From assembly GCA_000182565.2 (NCBI GenBank), contig KQ257456.1: a stretch of 64,000 bases of DNA; one strand, written 5' to 3'. Every line of letters begins with the position of its first letter. The first letter of the stretch is position 1. Below, piece after piece: positions 1 through 11,773 of this stretch. Under the pieces are notes generated by a model, which searched no databases, was not told the origin of the DNA, and saw only the letters and a program-made list of their open reading frames with translations. This stretch comes from Spizellomyces punctatus DAOM BR117 (lineage: Eukaryota). The translations under genes and the position numbers were made by a program.

Positions 1-183
1 CACTGCTTTCTAGTTTTCAACTTCTGGCCTCTTCAGTGTGCTTCCCATTCAGCCATATGAACTGTGTCAATCCCGCAACCACTGTATATTTTTTTCCAGC
101 TTTCACCATGTTGAGAGATTGCGAGTACATGTCTTTTTGCTCGACCAGCACTATGCTCGACTGGAGCCATTTGCGAAAGCGCC

Positions 184-482
184 AAAATGATAGTCTTGAA
201 TTTACATTGTTTTTTTGGAGGTCCAGTCCACCAGACCAAGACTAGAGAGGAATCGAACCTCTATGGTACGATCCAGGTCCTCCCTCCGCCCGAAGGCATC
301 ATCGGGTATAGCAGCCGCCCCAACCAACGCGACTGCAGTCCATGCAACCACCCACTCAGGCCCTCCCTCCGCCCGAAGGCCTCATTGGGTATATCCCCTC
401 AACCCGAAGGCATCATTGGGCATATAGCAGCTGCCCCACGCCATCGCAGCCCACAGTCCATCTCAACCACTTGCGGGGGAAC
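184..482 (-). ncRNA. Putative Pol III-transcribed structured RNA (or SINE-like unit) with three K-turn/UUCG hairpins and a tRNA-like T-arm
   Basis: Minus strand: TATAAAAA (512-505); A-box-like TGGTTGAGATGG (469-458); three 25-nt CCC-RAU-GA-N-GCC-UUCG-GGY-N-GA-GGG hairpins (420-396, 389-365, 306-282); B-box GGTTCGATTCC (259-249) within the stem-loop AGAGG-TTCGATT-CCTCT; a further hairpin (237-220), an A7 run, and the first T4 at 187-184. Transcript ends are inferred. Confidence 0.6.
275..470. repeat. Imperfect direct repeats: three 25-bp cores, two of them in longer ~75-bp modules
   Basis: ccctc..cccgaaggc.tcat.ggg at 282, 365 and 396. Modules 282-351 and 396-470 also share tatagcagc.gcccc...cagtccat..caaccac. 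Confidence 0.9.
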
Positions 483-1255
483 GGGGGGACGAGGGAAGGG
501 TGCCTTTTTATAACCGAGCGCGACTGCGCGTTGTGGCTGGGGAATGCCACGTAAGCTGGTCTGATGATCTTCTAGCCCCTTGAAAGTAGGACCAATCGTC
601 GTGGATTTGTAGAAGCACGTTCTACCCCTAGCTTCCCCTTGACGCGCTCGTTCTTCCGCAAGATCCCGTTAAATCCCGATATGATGATGAACCTTCTCGA
701 CTGGACGCCGTCACCAGCAGCTGGACATGGTCAAGACGACATTGAAGCATTGAAGGCCCGTCCATATTTCTGCATTGGCTGCTGTTGATCTGTGCAATAA
801 CGGTGGTCGTGTTCCGCCAAAGCGATAATCTTCAAAAAGGTAATATCCATGGTTGACACCCATCTCCACCAAATGACTCCTCTTTTGGGGGATAGACCTC
901 AATGAACTTTGCACATGGGCTTTGCCGATGTAAAGGCTGTAGATGATCTATAGTTCGCTCAATACTTGGTTCAATCTACTCAACTGCTAGTCAGGTTGAC
1001 TGTGGAAACGTAGACTTTTTGCGAAACCAAACAGCAGAGTCTAATTCACATATGCTGTTCTTCTTCTTGCCAGCCACAAGTTACTGCTGCTACAGGGGGA
1101 CATTTTAGGAAGCATCTGTTACTGCATTGCTGGAATGGTGAACAAAATAGTGGAAAGCGCACACACCATGATTGATTCGTAAGCTCTTAGTAAGCGACAA
1201 GTCCGATCAGCGCTATGCAATTGAAATTATCCTGGGGATGACTGATCACTGATCT

Positions 1256-4200
1256 ATGCCTATGATGTCTGAACAACTGGCAGATACGGCTGGACAAGAT
1301 GTTGAAGCTGATGTCCCCGCAGATGGAACTTTACCTGAACCCACGCTGGAAGCGGAGGAGCCCACAAATGCAGCCCTTATGACTGAACCCATCGAGAGCT
1401 CTGCAGTTGAACCCACGGGTGACGCTATTGGAAGTTTACCTGAACCTATACCGGACGCAGACCAGCCCACAGATTCAACAATAACGAGTGAGCCCATCGA
1501 AGCCTCCGAAGTTCAACCCACGGATGAACCTATTGGAACCTTACCAGAACCGACACGGGAAGCTGAACAGCTCACAAACGCAACCCTTGACACCGAATCC
1601 GTCGCAAACTCAGAAGTTCAACCCACTGATGAACCTATTGGAACTTTGCCAGAACCAATACCGGAAGCAGACCCGTCCACAAATACGACCCTGATGACTG
1701 AACCCGTCGAGGCTTCCGACGTTCGACCCGAGAGTGAAGATGTTAAAACTTCACTAGAACCGACGATGGAAGGAGAGCAACCCACAATTACGACAAGCAT
1801 GACTGAACGTGCCAAGAACTCAGAAACTCCTGTTAATAGAGACGTTGGAACGCCGATTGGAGCAACTGTCATGGAAGTCACAGAGATGGAGCAGATGAAC
1901 ATTGGGGTCGTGCAGGAAGAGCATGTGATGGAGGTCACCGCGGTTGAGCAGATGAATATTGGGGTTCTGCAGGAAGAGCAAATGCTAGAAACTGGAGAGA
2001 TACTAGACCCAATGGCAGACTCGCTGCAGGCTATTGATGTCCCGGAGCCTGGAATCAGCGAGCCTGTACTTCCGGATGACGTAGCTGCTTCATCCCTTCC
2101 TGCGGCACCTGATGAAGTTACCGAGGCGGAAATCGGTAGGTATTTTGAAGTAGAAGCGACATATCTTGTTCTTTCTAAATCCTCTTTGCAATCAGATGAT
2201 CTTTTTGCCAGAACGGGCCTTCACACCCGACTCGATGAATGGCATCAAAAACGCTATTACGGAGGATATCGAGACCGGCGAAGTGAAGTCGAGTATTTCC
2301 ATGCCGAGACACAAACACCAACACCACAAGAGATCAGAGCTAGGGTGAGAATACATCACTTGCACCCGGACTCTATGAGATGGCATTCCTTATCCTACAC
2401 TCCTGTAGAATGCCCCTCTAAAGTTCCACAGAGATACCCAAACCAAATTCCTGCGCAACCGGCGTACTCAGTCCACTCGAGAATCTGCGACACAAATGGT
2501 AATTATTGTCTCGCACCCCTGCAAATTGTTTAGGTACTTATCCTTGCCCGACATAATAGACCAAACCAGGCTGCTATGTCTCCGTCGAAAACGACCACAT
2601 TCTCAGACCAAGGCGCTACATTTCGGCCGACGAGCATGATGCATGGATAATATCAAACGTGATAAAATTGCAGTGCTGGGTCCGTCGAGTGAAGGCCTGC
2701 AGACGGGTGGCACGATTGCGAAAAGAGCGGGACGAGCGGACACAGGCCATGATGGAGGTCTGTTGATATCGGGACCATGACGGCAACATTGTAGGCGTCC
2801 TTACTAACTTATGGTATTGATTCCAGAAAGAACGAAGACGCAAGGAATTAGCTGAAAAACGAAGACGAAAAGAAATTGAAAGTCGCTTGCATCCAAAGAC
2901 GACAAAAGATTTCGAAATATTGTACAATGGGCTCGAGAGTACGTCATAATAACGAAGCACTCGAAATGCGTCCGTTGATATCGTACTAACAACTATTTGA
3001 CAATCATAGGCTGGCGTCAGCAAGAAACACTAAAGATCAACAAAGCTGGCTATTCAGAACCCGCTCGCCTTGCTGCTCTGGCAGATCTTTTGGATCAAGA
3101 AGCAGCACTCATCCAAAAGATTGATCGCTTAAAGATTGCCGCAAATGAAGAAAACAGAGAGCGAAAGATAGTGCGGCTACTGGAGGCGGTTAGTTAGCCG
3201 ATGGAAAGAGTTTTACGCTATTTTGGTTCACTTAGACGGTACATTTCCAGATGTCTTCCTCCAAAAAATGGATGGTAGAAAAGGTCGGCATCGTATCCGT
3301 CGATACTCCCAACACCATTCGTGCTCGCGAGTTACGGGATCTCTACCACGCGCTGAATGTGCCTCTTGTGTCGGTCGACGAGAGGTTGCAGATATTGTTA
3401 CATGTCAAGTACACGGTCAAGGTATGGCTCTATGTTGGCAGTTCATACCAGTTTCCTCTAATGACCGTAAATTCCAGGAATTTGACTGCAATTTGACAAG
3501 AGAGATTGTGGAGCTCATTGACCGAGAAGGAGATTTGGTCAGTCGTGGTCGGGATGCCAAGACTATGGAAGGTAAATGAACATTGACACCATCGTGCAGT
3601 TCGGGATTCGCCAACAATTCCATAAATTCAGGGCTCCGAAAGCGAATTAGCAATCTATTTTTGCAATTCATTCAGACGCCAGAGTTTAATCCAGAGGCGG
3701 GCTTATACCAAAAGGTATTTTCAATCCCCTTCATCTTTTCCATTTCCTCTCGCTGATATACGTCGTTGCAAAACAGTTCCCTGACGCAGGCCAATCCTGG
3801 AAGCGAGATCAAGCCGTCTACTACTGTCGAAGCTGCACACGCTACCTACCTTCCACAGCATTCTACCTTTCAACCACTATGAAACACCTGGGCAAATGTA
3901 AAACATGCACAACGGAAGAGAACTTGGCGACATCGCGAAAGGATGACTCTATTTACTCGGACTTGTTAAAACTTATTCGCCTACAAGAACTTCAACGAAG
4001 AGCTTCATCAGGGGTACCAACAGATGCGCACTACAATGCAATATCCCTTCTTCAGGAATCCGATATGCGATACCTAGTGGATCGGGTTTGGAATCGTCAG
4101 AGCGCAGTTAGCGGGAGCAGGGCATTGGAGAGTCTCGTCCTCACAAGATGGAATCCCAATGTTGAGTTGAGCCCATGGAATTGCATTTTGCTGACAAAAG

Positions 4201-4406
4201 CCGAGGCGGCTACGCATGACCGCCAGCCAGATCCAGAAGAACTTTACTCTGAAGAGTTTGTGCGAAAGATATTGCAGAAGCACTTTGCTGCCAAGCAGCA
4301 CTTTGCCCAACTGCCAGCTATGGAAAAATACCTTAGAAGACATTATGTGGAAGACGCTCAAGGGAAAATGGTGTACACTCCAGCGGAGGGTTCTGTAACA
4401 AGCTGA
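1256..4406 (+). CDS. IQUB: IQ and ubiquitin-like domain-containing protein (IQUB/FAP253-like radial spoke protein), multi-exon
   Basis: YYGGYRDRRSEVEYFHAETQT, IQ-like IKLQCWVRRVKA, HPKTTKDFEILYNGLE, DTPNTIRARELRDLY, RISNLFLQFIQTPEFNPEA, and C-terminal LVLTRWNPNVELSPWNCILLTKAEA. Exons joined by GT-AG introns. Confidence 0.88.
1337..1981 (+). repeat. Coding tandem repeats: 5 x 105 bp (35 aa), then 2 x 57 bp (19 aa)
   Basis: Units start at 1337, 1442, 1547, 1652 and 1757 (EPT/EPI...IGTLP). VMEVT..EQMNIGV.QEE occurs twice at ~1868-1981. Confidence 0.9.
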
Positions 4407-4741
4407 CGAGTTACCTCAATTGAAAAGGAATCTGTCATTTTGTCCTATAATTTTTTTTTTGATGAATATTATTCTTTCGAAATTGCTAGCGATATTGGAA
4501 TTCACAGCTACAAAGGCGATCCATAGCAAACATTCATACCTGTTAATTGTTATCCAACAGGTTCATTGTCGAAAAACCACGAAACAACCTAAATGATGAT
4601 CTCCGTGGATTTACGCCTGTCTATCCTGGGTGGCCAGTGGATTTCGCCATACGTTGCGGGGAATGGTGTTTTACTTTGATTCACAGGTAGGCAGCTTAAA
4701 TATCCACAGCTAAAATACATCGTCAAACCGTCCTCGAAATG

Positions 4742-7205
4742 CTATTCCACGACAAGTCCTCTCAGCCTATTCAAAGCACCAGCAACCTCTAAGCCCCTTG
4801 GTCGGGCATAGTTCCCAACTGGCCATGCGAATGGATGTACGCAATCGATACCCTTTTCATCCCACTCCCTTTCTAACGCAGCCACCAGCTCTTTAAGAGT
4901 TAATCTCGATTCGCCTTGCATCTTATCCCGTACGTATAGAGCAGCATCAACGATACACCGTGCTTGTGAAGGGTGCGCCAGTTGTTCAAGGGCAGAAAGA
5001 TTCACGTCAACTCCGTCGAGACTGATCAAAAAAGTGTGGATTGCTTTTGATTTGCCGGATCGCCGTTGCTGTGGAAGTGGCGAGTCTTCGGATGCACCTT
5101 TTTCAGAGTGCCAATCGTGCTGAACGGGTACATTGTTGGCGTGTGATTTAGGTACGATGATACGATCGGTGATTGGCCCATAGGGAAGATCTTTGAGAGA
5201 GAATCAGTAAACCTGCGAAAATAACGTGCATGTCCTATCAACATTTACCTCCATTCTCCAGAGCCACAGGCAAATCAGCAGCAATCTTCTTTGCTTTACG
5301 TGTCACATCTCTGGGATTATACCTCAGGTGAGTCTTTTGAAGAATACCACCTTCACTCATGTGACCGACCTTGGGACGTAACTCTCCATTGAGATCACGA
5401 CATCAGCCACATCAAGATAACTTCCACATCCACCCACAACCAGTATAGAAGAACATCCCTTCTCGGTGTATAAGGATCGAATCTGTTACATTAATATTAG
5501 CAAGGGTGCCTCATAATGTCAAGATCCCCAGGATAACTAACCTTGCTGATCAGCGGGGTGATTGGCTCATTCTCTTTACTAACTAGTAGCTCCATCCGCC
5601 GATCCCGAATAAGGAAATTGGTCGCGCAGGTGTCCTCATCAAAAAGGAACCCCCGGCAGCCAATCTGTTTAATTGCAGATTGTATCAATACTTGATCCAT
5701 CAATTAGATTCACGAATGACTGACCTCCAGAGCTTCCTGCGGGGCAAATGTTACCATGGCGCTATATGGTAGTTTATGGATCCTTCATCATACCTGCATG
5801 TTGGCTGCCATACTTGTTGAACCAGAGGCGTCGGGAGTAGAAAAGTGGGTAGTGTCCTTCTCAAACGGTAAGTTGTTTATAAAAGGGGAAATGTCCACGG
5901 ATGTAACGCTTCTAAAGAACGACGGATCGTAAGTCACCAGTTCGTATGGCCAATCAGAGTGCCTGATAAGCTCTTCCTAACCTCCCATCCTCCGCACGGA
6001 TCTTCATGACTGATTCATCAGTGACCACAAACTCACGGCCGTCGCCTGCAACGTACGGTCAGCGGTTATTTCTCGCGCATCATGCGAGCACAGAGACCTT
6101 ACCCGGAATGTGATTGTATATGCCTACTTGGAGCGCATCAAGCAGTGTGGACTTTCCATGAAAACCTCCACCAACGATAAGTGTAATTCCCCGAGGAACT
6201 CCTATGTTCGGCTATTAGAAACCGAAGAACGTGATGTCTGCGGCAATACCTACCCATCCCTTCTACAACGCCTCTATTTGGTAATGTAAACACTCTTCGG
6301 AGTGAATCGGGCGACACAAACGGAATCACGTCTGCACCCCGCATGGGGCGATCAGACGCACCACTTTCCCGTGGAAGAATCGCCCCATTTCTCACAAAAG
6401 ATACCAAACCAGCATCTTTGACTAATTGTCTCAGAGTATGTTGGTCTTCCACGCTTTCCACAAACTGGCGGAGCTCCTGCTCGTCTAGAGCAGCATAGCG
6501 CATGGTTTGGGCGGCAAGCGATGGCAGGACCTCCGTTAGAAGCGTACATGCTTGTCTACCCAAAATACTACGTCCTTGCGCAGGAAGGCCGATGGTTAGG
6601 CGAGCTTCTACAAATGCAGGTGTAATGGACAAGGATGTGCGCTCAAGGACTTGTTGTCCGGGTGTGTCGATATTGATATCAGCACCTTTTGGTCCATGCC
6701 ACCCGCCTCCACCTGCATTACTGGGAGTGTGCAGTTTGTTACTACGAACATGGGTTGATATTTGTCGTGTGATGTAGTCTTCCAAAGCGACGCGGCGGAC
6801 AGGAGTGCGGAAGAGGTCTGCTGGGAACCTGGCAGACTCTTGGGGAATGCGGACTCGGAACTTGGACGGCGGTGCGAAGGGATCAGATTGGACATTGTCG
6901 ACAAATAACTGCATGCCATCATCAAATGCGAAATACCCTTTGATACCCTTGTACTGGCCATATGACCCGCGGTCAATAGATATCAAGTATGATGCAAGTT
7001 CGCGCATTGTGCGGACTGGACAATTGCCTTCTGAGTTATTCATAACTTCGGTAGGTGGAGTGTCCCGGCCAGAGCGTTCTTCTCTCAATTCTCTTGAGCG
7101 ACCTCCCCCATACTTTTCTTTAAAATAAGCACCACGGCCTCGACCTCGACCTCGGGAACTTCCCGCTGGGACATTGGAATAGGGCGAGTACCGCGTCCCC
7201 TGCAT
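4742..7205 (-). CDS. Predicted ABC-class ATPase (ABC_ATPase/COG3044 family, MRB1590-like), multi-exon
   Basis: VQSDPFAPPS, QQVLERTS, GLPAQGRSI, GAILPRESG, Walker A IVGGGFHGKSTL, ISPFINNLPF, DASGSTSMAAN, DEDTCATNF, EPITPL, YARPRGLEVAGALNRLR. RG-rich N-terminus. Confidence 0.85.
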
Positions 7206-7532
7206 AATGGTCGGCAAGAGGGTGGACAAATGAAACGAGGTCCAAAATCTATTTATCGCTAGACCTTTTCCAGTCCAAAGTAACCGTTGGATAATGAACG
7301 GCAATGGGGAAAAACCTTGCAACAATGGCATGCAAAGCAGAAACATGAAGATCTGAACCAACTCTGTTGAATGAGTCATTCCCATGGCAACAGCAGCGCT
7401 TACGTACAGCGCGATCCTGGCTCAAAGGACTTTGCTAATCTTTTGGAGAGTTTAAGAAATCATCAATTTCCTTCATCTTTAGAATTGTAAAAAGGTGGAA
7501 GGAAATTGGTTACGTACAGTCACCAATATGTT

Positions 7533-10500
7533 TCAATGGACTGCCCCTACCTGGTTATCCAACTCTGCATTGAAGCTGTCCCTGGTCATTTGATGCATGT
7601 CTGCTCCGGTCGCATCTTCCTCAATATCCAAACGTAATAGATCCAGATCTGATAGATTGGACAAACTGTCGCTTCGATTTATTGGGTTAGATACAGATAG
7701 GTGGGATGGCGAGGCTGTTGAGGATGCGGAATTTGGGGAATTGGTAGCTGGGGGTCGTGATGGACTCGGGGGCGAGGTTGATGACGGCACGGTGCTGAGA
7801 GATTCCTTTTGTATGTTCTCGTAGGCAGAGGTGGAGCTTTCCAGACGATCATTGATCGATAATATTGTCCCTGCAAAAACAAGTCGTCAGATACACTGCC
7901 GTGGCCGTGCTCGAGAGATTCCAAGACTCACCTAAAAGATCCTCGTCCAGGTGAATGTTCTCGCTGACAAGTTGTTGCAGCTTGTTCTGGAATCCTTTCG
8001 TCTCATTGTACAGTTGCTGGAATACGACAAGGAAGTGTTATGCTATGAGCATTGTTCTAGGATACCTTCCTCCGTACCAGCAATAAATCATCGTTGCTCT
8101 TGCTTCGTTGCACAGCTTCCACGGCCCTCATTGAACCAACTATTTCATCCAAAACGCTGGCGGTCTCCTCGGCTGTTTGGATATCTCTTTGAATCTTTTC
8201 ACGGTCAACAGATTGGGGAGAATTGTGGGTGGAATCTTCCCGTGTTGATCCAGCTTGCGCTACAGAGCTCGTTCCCTGAGTGTCAATGTTGACTTCCTTG
8301 GCGGCTCGAGATTTCTGGATTTCTCCATTACGCTGGCAATACATATCAATGTCATTGAGTAACCGCGCCAGCTCAGGATCTTCCTGATTCGATCCAATTG
8401 GTGTATCACAATATCAGATATGTCACGATATGTCAATAGCAGGGGGTTATAGAGTCCTACCTCTTGATGCTTCCGCGTCTGCAGAAGAGGAGCAATTTCT
8501 AGCGAAACAATGCTCTGGTTCATACGAAGGGAGACGGACAGGGCCATTACGCCGGCAATATCAATTGGATTGTGAGTCAAATTGAGTCGTTGCAAAGCTG
8601 GCATCAATGGCAGTGCTTCAGCAAGCGCAATTGTCCCTGATAGCAGCACGGATTATGGTTATGCACAAGATTCCGGAAATGAAACATTCCAAGATACCTT
8701 CAGATGTTAGATTGGTTTTGGACAAGGCAAGGTTTGTAAGGCTCTTATTCACCATCAAAGCATCCTTCAAGGCAATGATCTACGATGTAAACAAGCACGT
8801 AAGCAAGGTAACTAGCGATAGGTCTCACCCTAGTTCTGTCCAAAATAAGAAACTTACAGCGTCCAGTTGTCTGTCACCATCCAGCGCGTTTCCGCTCAGG
8901 TCCAAAACCTTAATAGTGCTATTGACTTTCTAACGATCACAGAAAGTCAGACTTTCTCACAAATCCGGATGGCGAACATCTGTCTCACTGACCAGCACGT
9001 CAGCCAGCGTGTAAATATCCAGTCCATTCAACTGCTTGTTTTCGCGCAAGGAGAGCTCAAGCAAACGATTATTCTCTGCCAGAGCGGGTGCAAAGGCGGA
9101 TATTGCATTCTACAATATGATCCGTTCGAAATTAGCTCTATCAATCATGCAAGTTGTTTGATTAGATGTCATACCCCAAGGTTGTTTCCTGAAAGATCTA
9201 GCCGGCGCAGACCTTTCACAAGGTTGCTACGTCGATTCAAATATGATTGGGGTTGTTCTGTTCGCAGAAGCTCCGCAATCGAAGACGTAGAGTCCTTCGC
9301 CAAACGGTTTCCGCACAAAGTGAGGGTATCCAAATCCGAGCTTGCCACGCCAGGGGCTAATGAAGAGTGAGTATTTAATTTGAAGTTGATGCTAACATGT
9401 CATCGTCACCTGCCTAGTATTTTCATCAACGCGGCAGATAAATCGCAATGATCCATTTTAAGGACTTCCAATCCGATCTTGTCTTTTAAGCCGTGCGCGA
9501 AATACGACATTCCGCGTGAGTCAAACGCGATACCCGACACATCAAGGTACTTTAGAGCCTTGCTCTTTACAGAGCGTGATAAATACTCTCGTTAAGATGC
9601 TAGCCCTATCAGCCGCAACAAGTATTTGGTATCCTCAGTCTTTACCTTCTTGACATATACAGCCAGGTACTTTAATCCATTACCCTGCAACTTTTTGACA
9701 CCTCGTAAACTAACTGAGGATATTTTATCTCTGCTTATGGCGGACTGCAGGATGACCTTAAGGACCTATACAGCAACATATTAGGCGAATTGGAAGTTGA
9801 CAGCGCAGGAGAAGTGCAGGTCGTACCTCATCACTCAATACAGCGTTATCAAGTGACAGTTGTTGGAACGGGTAATTTGTGCCTAGCAAATCGGCAATAG
9901 GTGACACGTTATATGCGTTTATCGTCAACCCTGGCAGACCATATTCATGAGGGACACGCTTGCGACTGGGTATTAGATGGGCAATTACCTGATAGATCCA
10001 GTTTGTCTGTGCTCGCCCCTGATGAGATCGCCTCTTGCAGCCGTGTAACAACAGCATCAATCACTTCTTCATTGCGCGTAGAGCACGCCTGATAATAATA
10101 TGCCAAAAGATCGTCAACTGTGTTGATGGGCACGGACGGTAATCCTTCCTGCAGGACCGAAAGCATGACGGGAGGTCGTTCGTACTGTGGGTTCTGCGAG
10201 CTTCTTTGGAACTGCCACTGCTCTGGACTAACGTCTTCAGGTGCTTCTGGGAAATGGTGCAGCTGGCCTGTGGGTGACTCGAGGTTTTCTGCATAATCGG
10301 AGACAGGCGATGTCACTGGTTCAGGATCGATGGTAACGTCGGGAAACGAGAATCTAACGTGCTTTTCTCCTTTCGATAAGCTGTTTAGCGAAACCGAAGA
10401 TCTTCCGGACATTCCGGTGCTTCCGAGAGGAGCGGTGTTCAGGGAATCGTTTGATCCATTCGGATCCGATATTACAAATGTGGGAGAGGCAAGGGTTGGA

Positions 10501-11597
10501 GTATCAGACGCTGTTGGGATATCATGGTGCAAGAATCTCGGGGAGTTTATAGCATCCGAATTGGAGTCTCTAGGTACATCTGCTGTTGAAAGTTGCTTCA
10601 ACAAAGGCTTCACTTTCTCGATGGTTGAAGAAAACGCTCCAGCAGCTTGATCCATGTGCTTTGACAACCAATTGTCACGCCAAAATATGGAATTTGATCG
10701 GGAGCCCGATCCAGTACTTGCGGACTTTAGGATCCCACGCTCTGGCCGCGCATCGCGAGGTGGTGGCCGTGAAGGAGTTGGTGAGCCGTGTGGTGAGTCT
10801 GGAGAGCCGCAGGAAGAAAGTTATTGACGCGCAAGTTGTCGAAGCAAGACATAATCGGGCTCGGAATACGTACATGTAATGCCTCTGACATGATCTTCTC
10901 CCTCCCCTTGCTTTGCAATAAGCCACCCGACTGCAGCATCGAGGAGTGATGATCGTCCCGACTCTCCCGACCCTCCCGAAGTGTTTACTGTCTCACGATC
11001 GGAAAGCGAGTGGGATATTGCGAGCTCACACATTTTTGCCTCAAATCCCATGGACAGCAACTGAGCGAATGTTGCGTCCAAGTCATCTTCTAAGGAGTCA
11101 ACGTCCGGTGCGCTCGTTCCTGGCGATTGATCGGCCGATTGTTCCTCGGTTAGAGCAGGGGATTCACTAGTAGATGGTTCGTCTATTGGAGTTTTCTCTG
11201 AGTGATGCTGGACAAGGTCATGCATATGAAGGTGATGTGCTTCCGCAACAGACGGCGACATTTTATCGATTACGGCGGCCTCCAAAGACGGTCTCCGCTC
11301 TTGGGTAGGGACAGGCGGAATTAGCTCCGGACGTGAACCAGACGGCTCAGAAAATGCACCCAAATCCCCCAAGTCCTCTTCTGAGCTATCTCTTTGTGGC
11401 TCCGCCATGGTCGACGTTGGGACCTCCTCACCCTCCTCACTGTCCTGGAGGCTTGCCAATTCTTGGCTTGCGGTAGGACTGCGGAGCGTCGCAGAACCTG
11501 ACCCCAAGTCAAAGTCAGCATTTACGTCAAGGCCATCCTCGAGAGTGTGTAGTGATTCTGGGCTTTTTGCTGGCTGGGGTTTTCTTTTGCTCGCCAT
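7533..11597 (-). CDS. RNI-like LRR protein with N-terminal UBA-like domain and PP1-docking motifs (PPP1R37/Mhp1-like)
   Basis: UBA-like FAQLLSMGFEAKMCELA...LDAAVGWL; RGILKS and KHVRF motifs; LRR units such as LQRLNLTHNPIDIAGVMALSVSLRMNQSIVSL. Multi-exon. Confidence 0.72.
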
Positions 11598-11773
11598 TTT
11601 CAATTTCGTTTGTTTTTGGAGAGTTTCTTCCAACGAGCACAGCGTGAGCAATACGCGTTTTGCAGCGTAAGCCATTGCACACTACACTACATACACGTGT
11701 AATAACGAAGCAACAGTAAACAAGAACATAACAAATTCAGATGGCACTATGTTTTCCAATGCGCTTTTTCAGC

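Noticed and set aside
236-330. A complete tRNA gene around the T-arm
   Set aside because: No D-arm or anticodon arm at the required spacing.
282-420. The repeats as a CRISPR array, hammerhead ribozymes or SECIS elements
   Set aside because: Spacing is irregular and there are no cas genes; the hammerhead core (CUGANGA...GAAA) is not intact; the upper stem is far too short for a SECIS and lacks the AAR loop.
556-630. ctgatga...gaaa as a hammerhead ribozyme
   Set aside because: The intervening sequence cannot form stem II.
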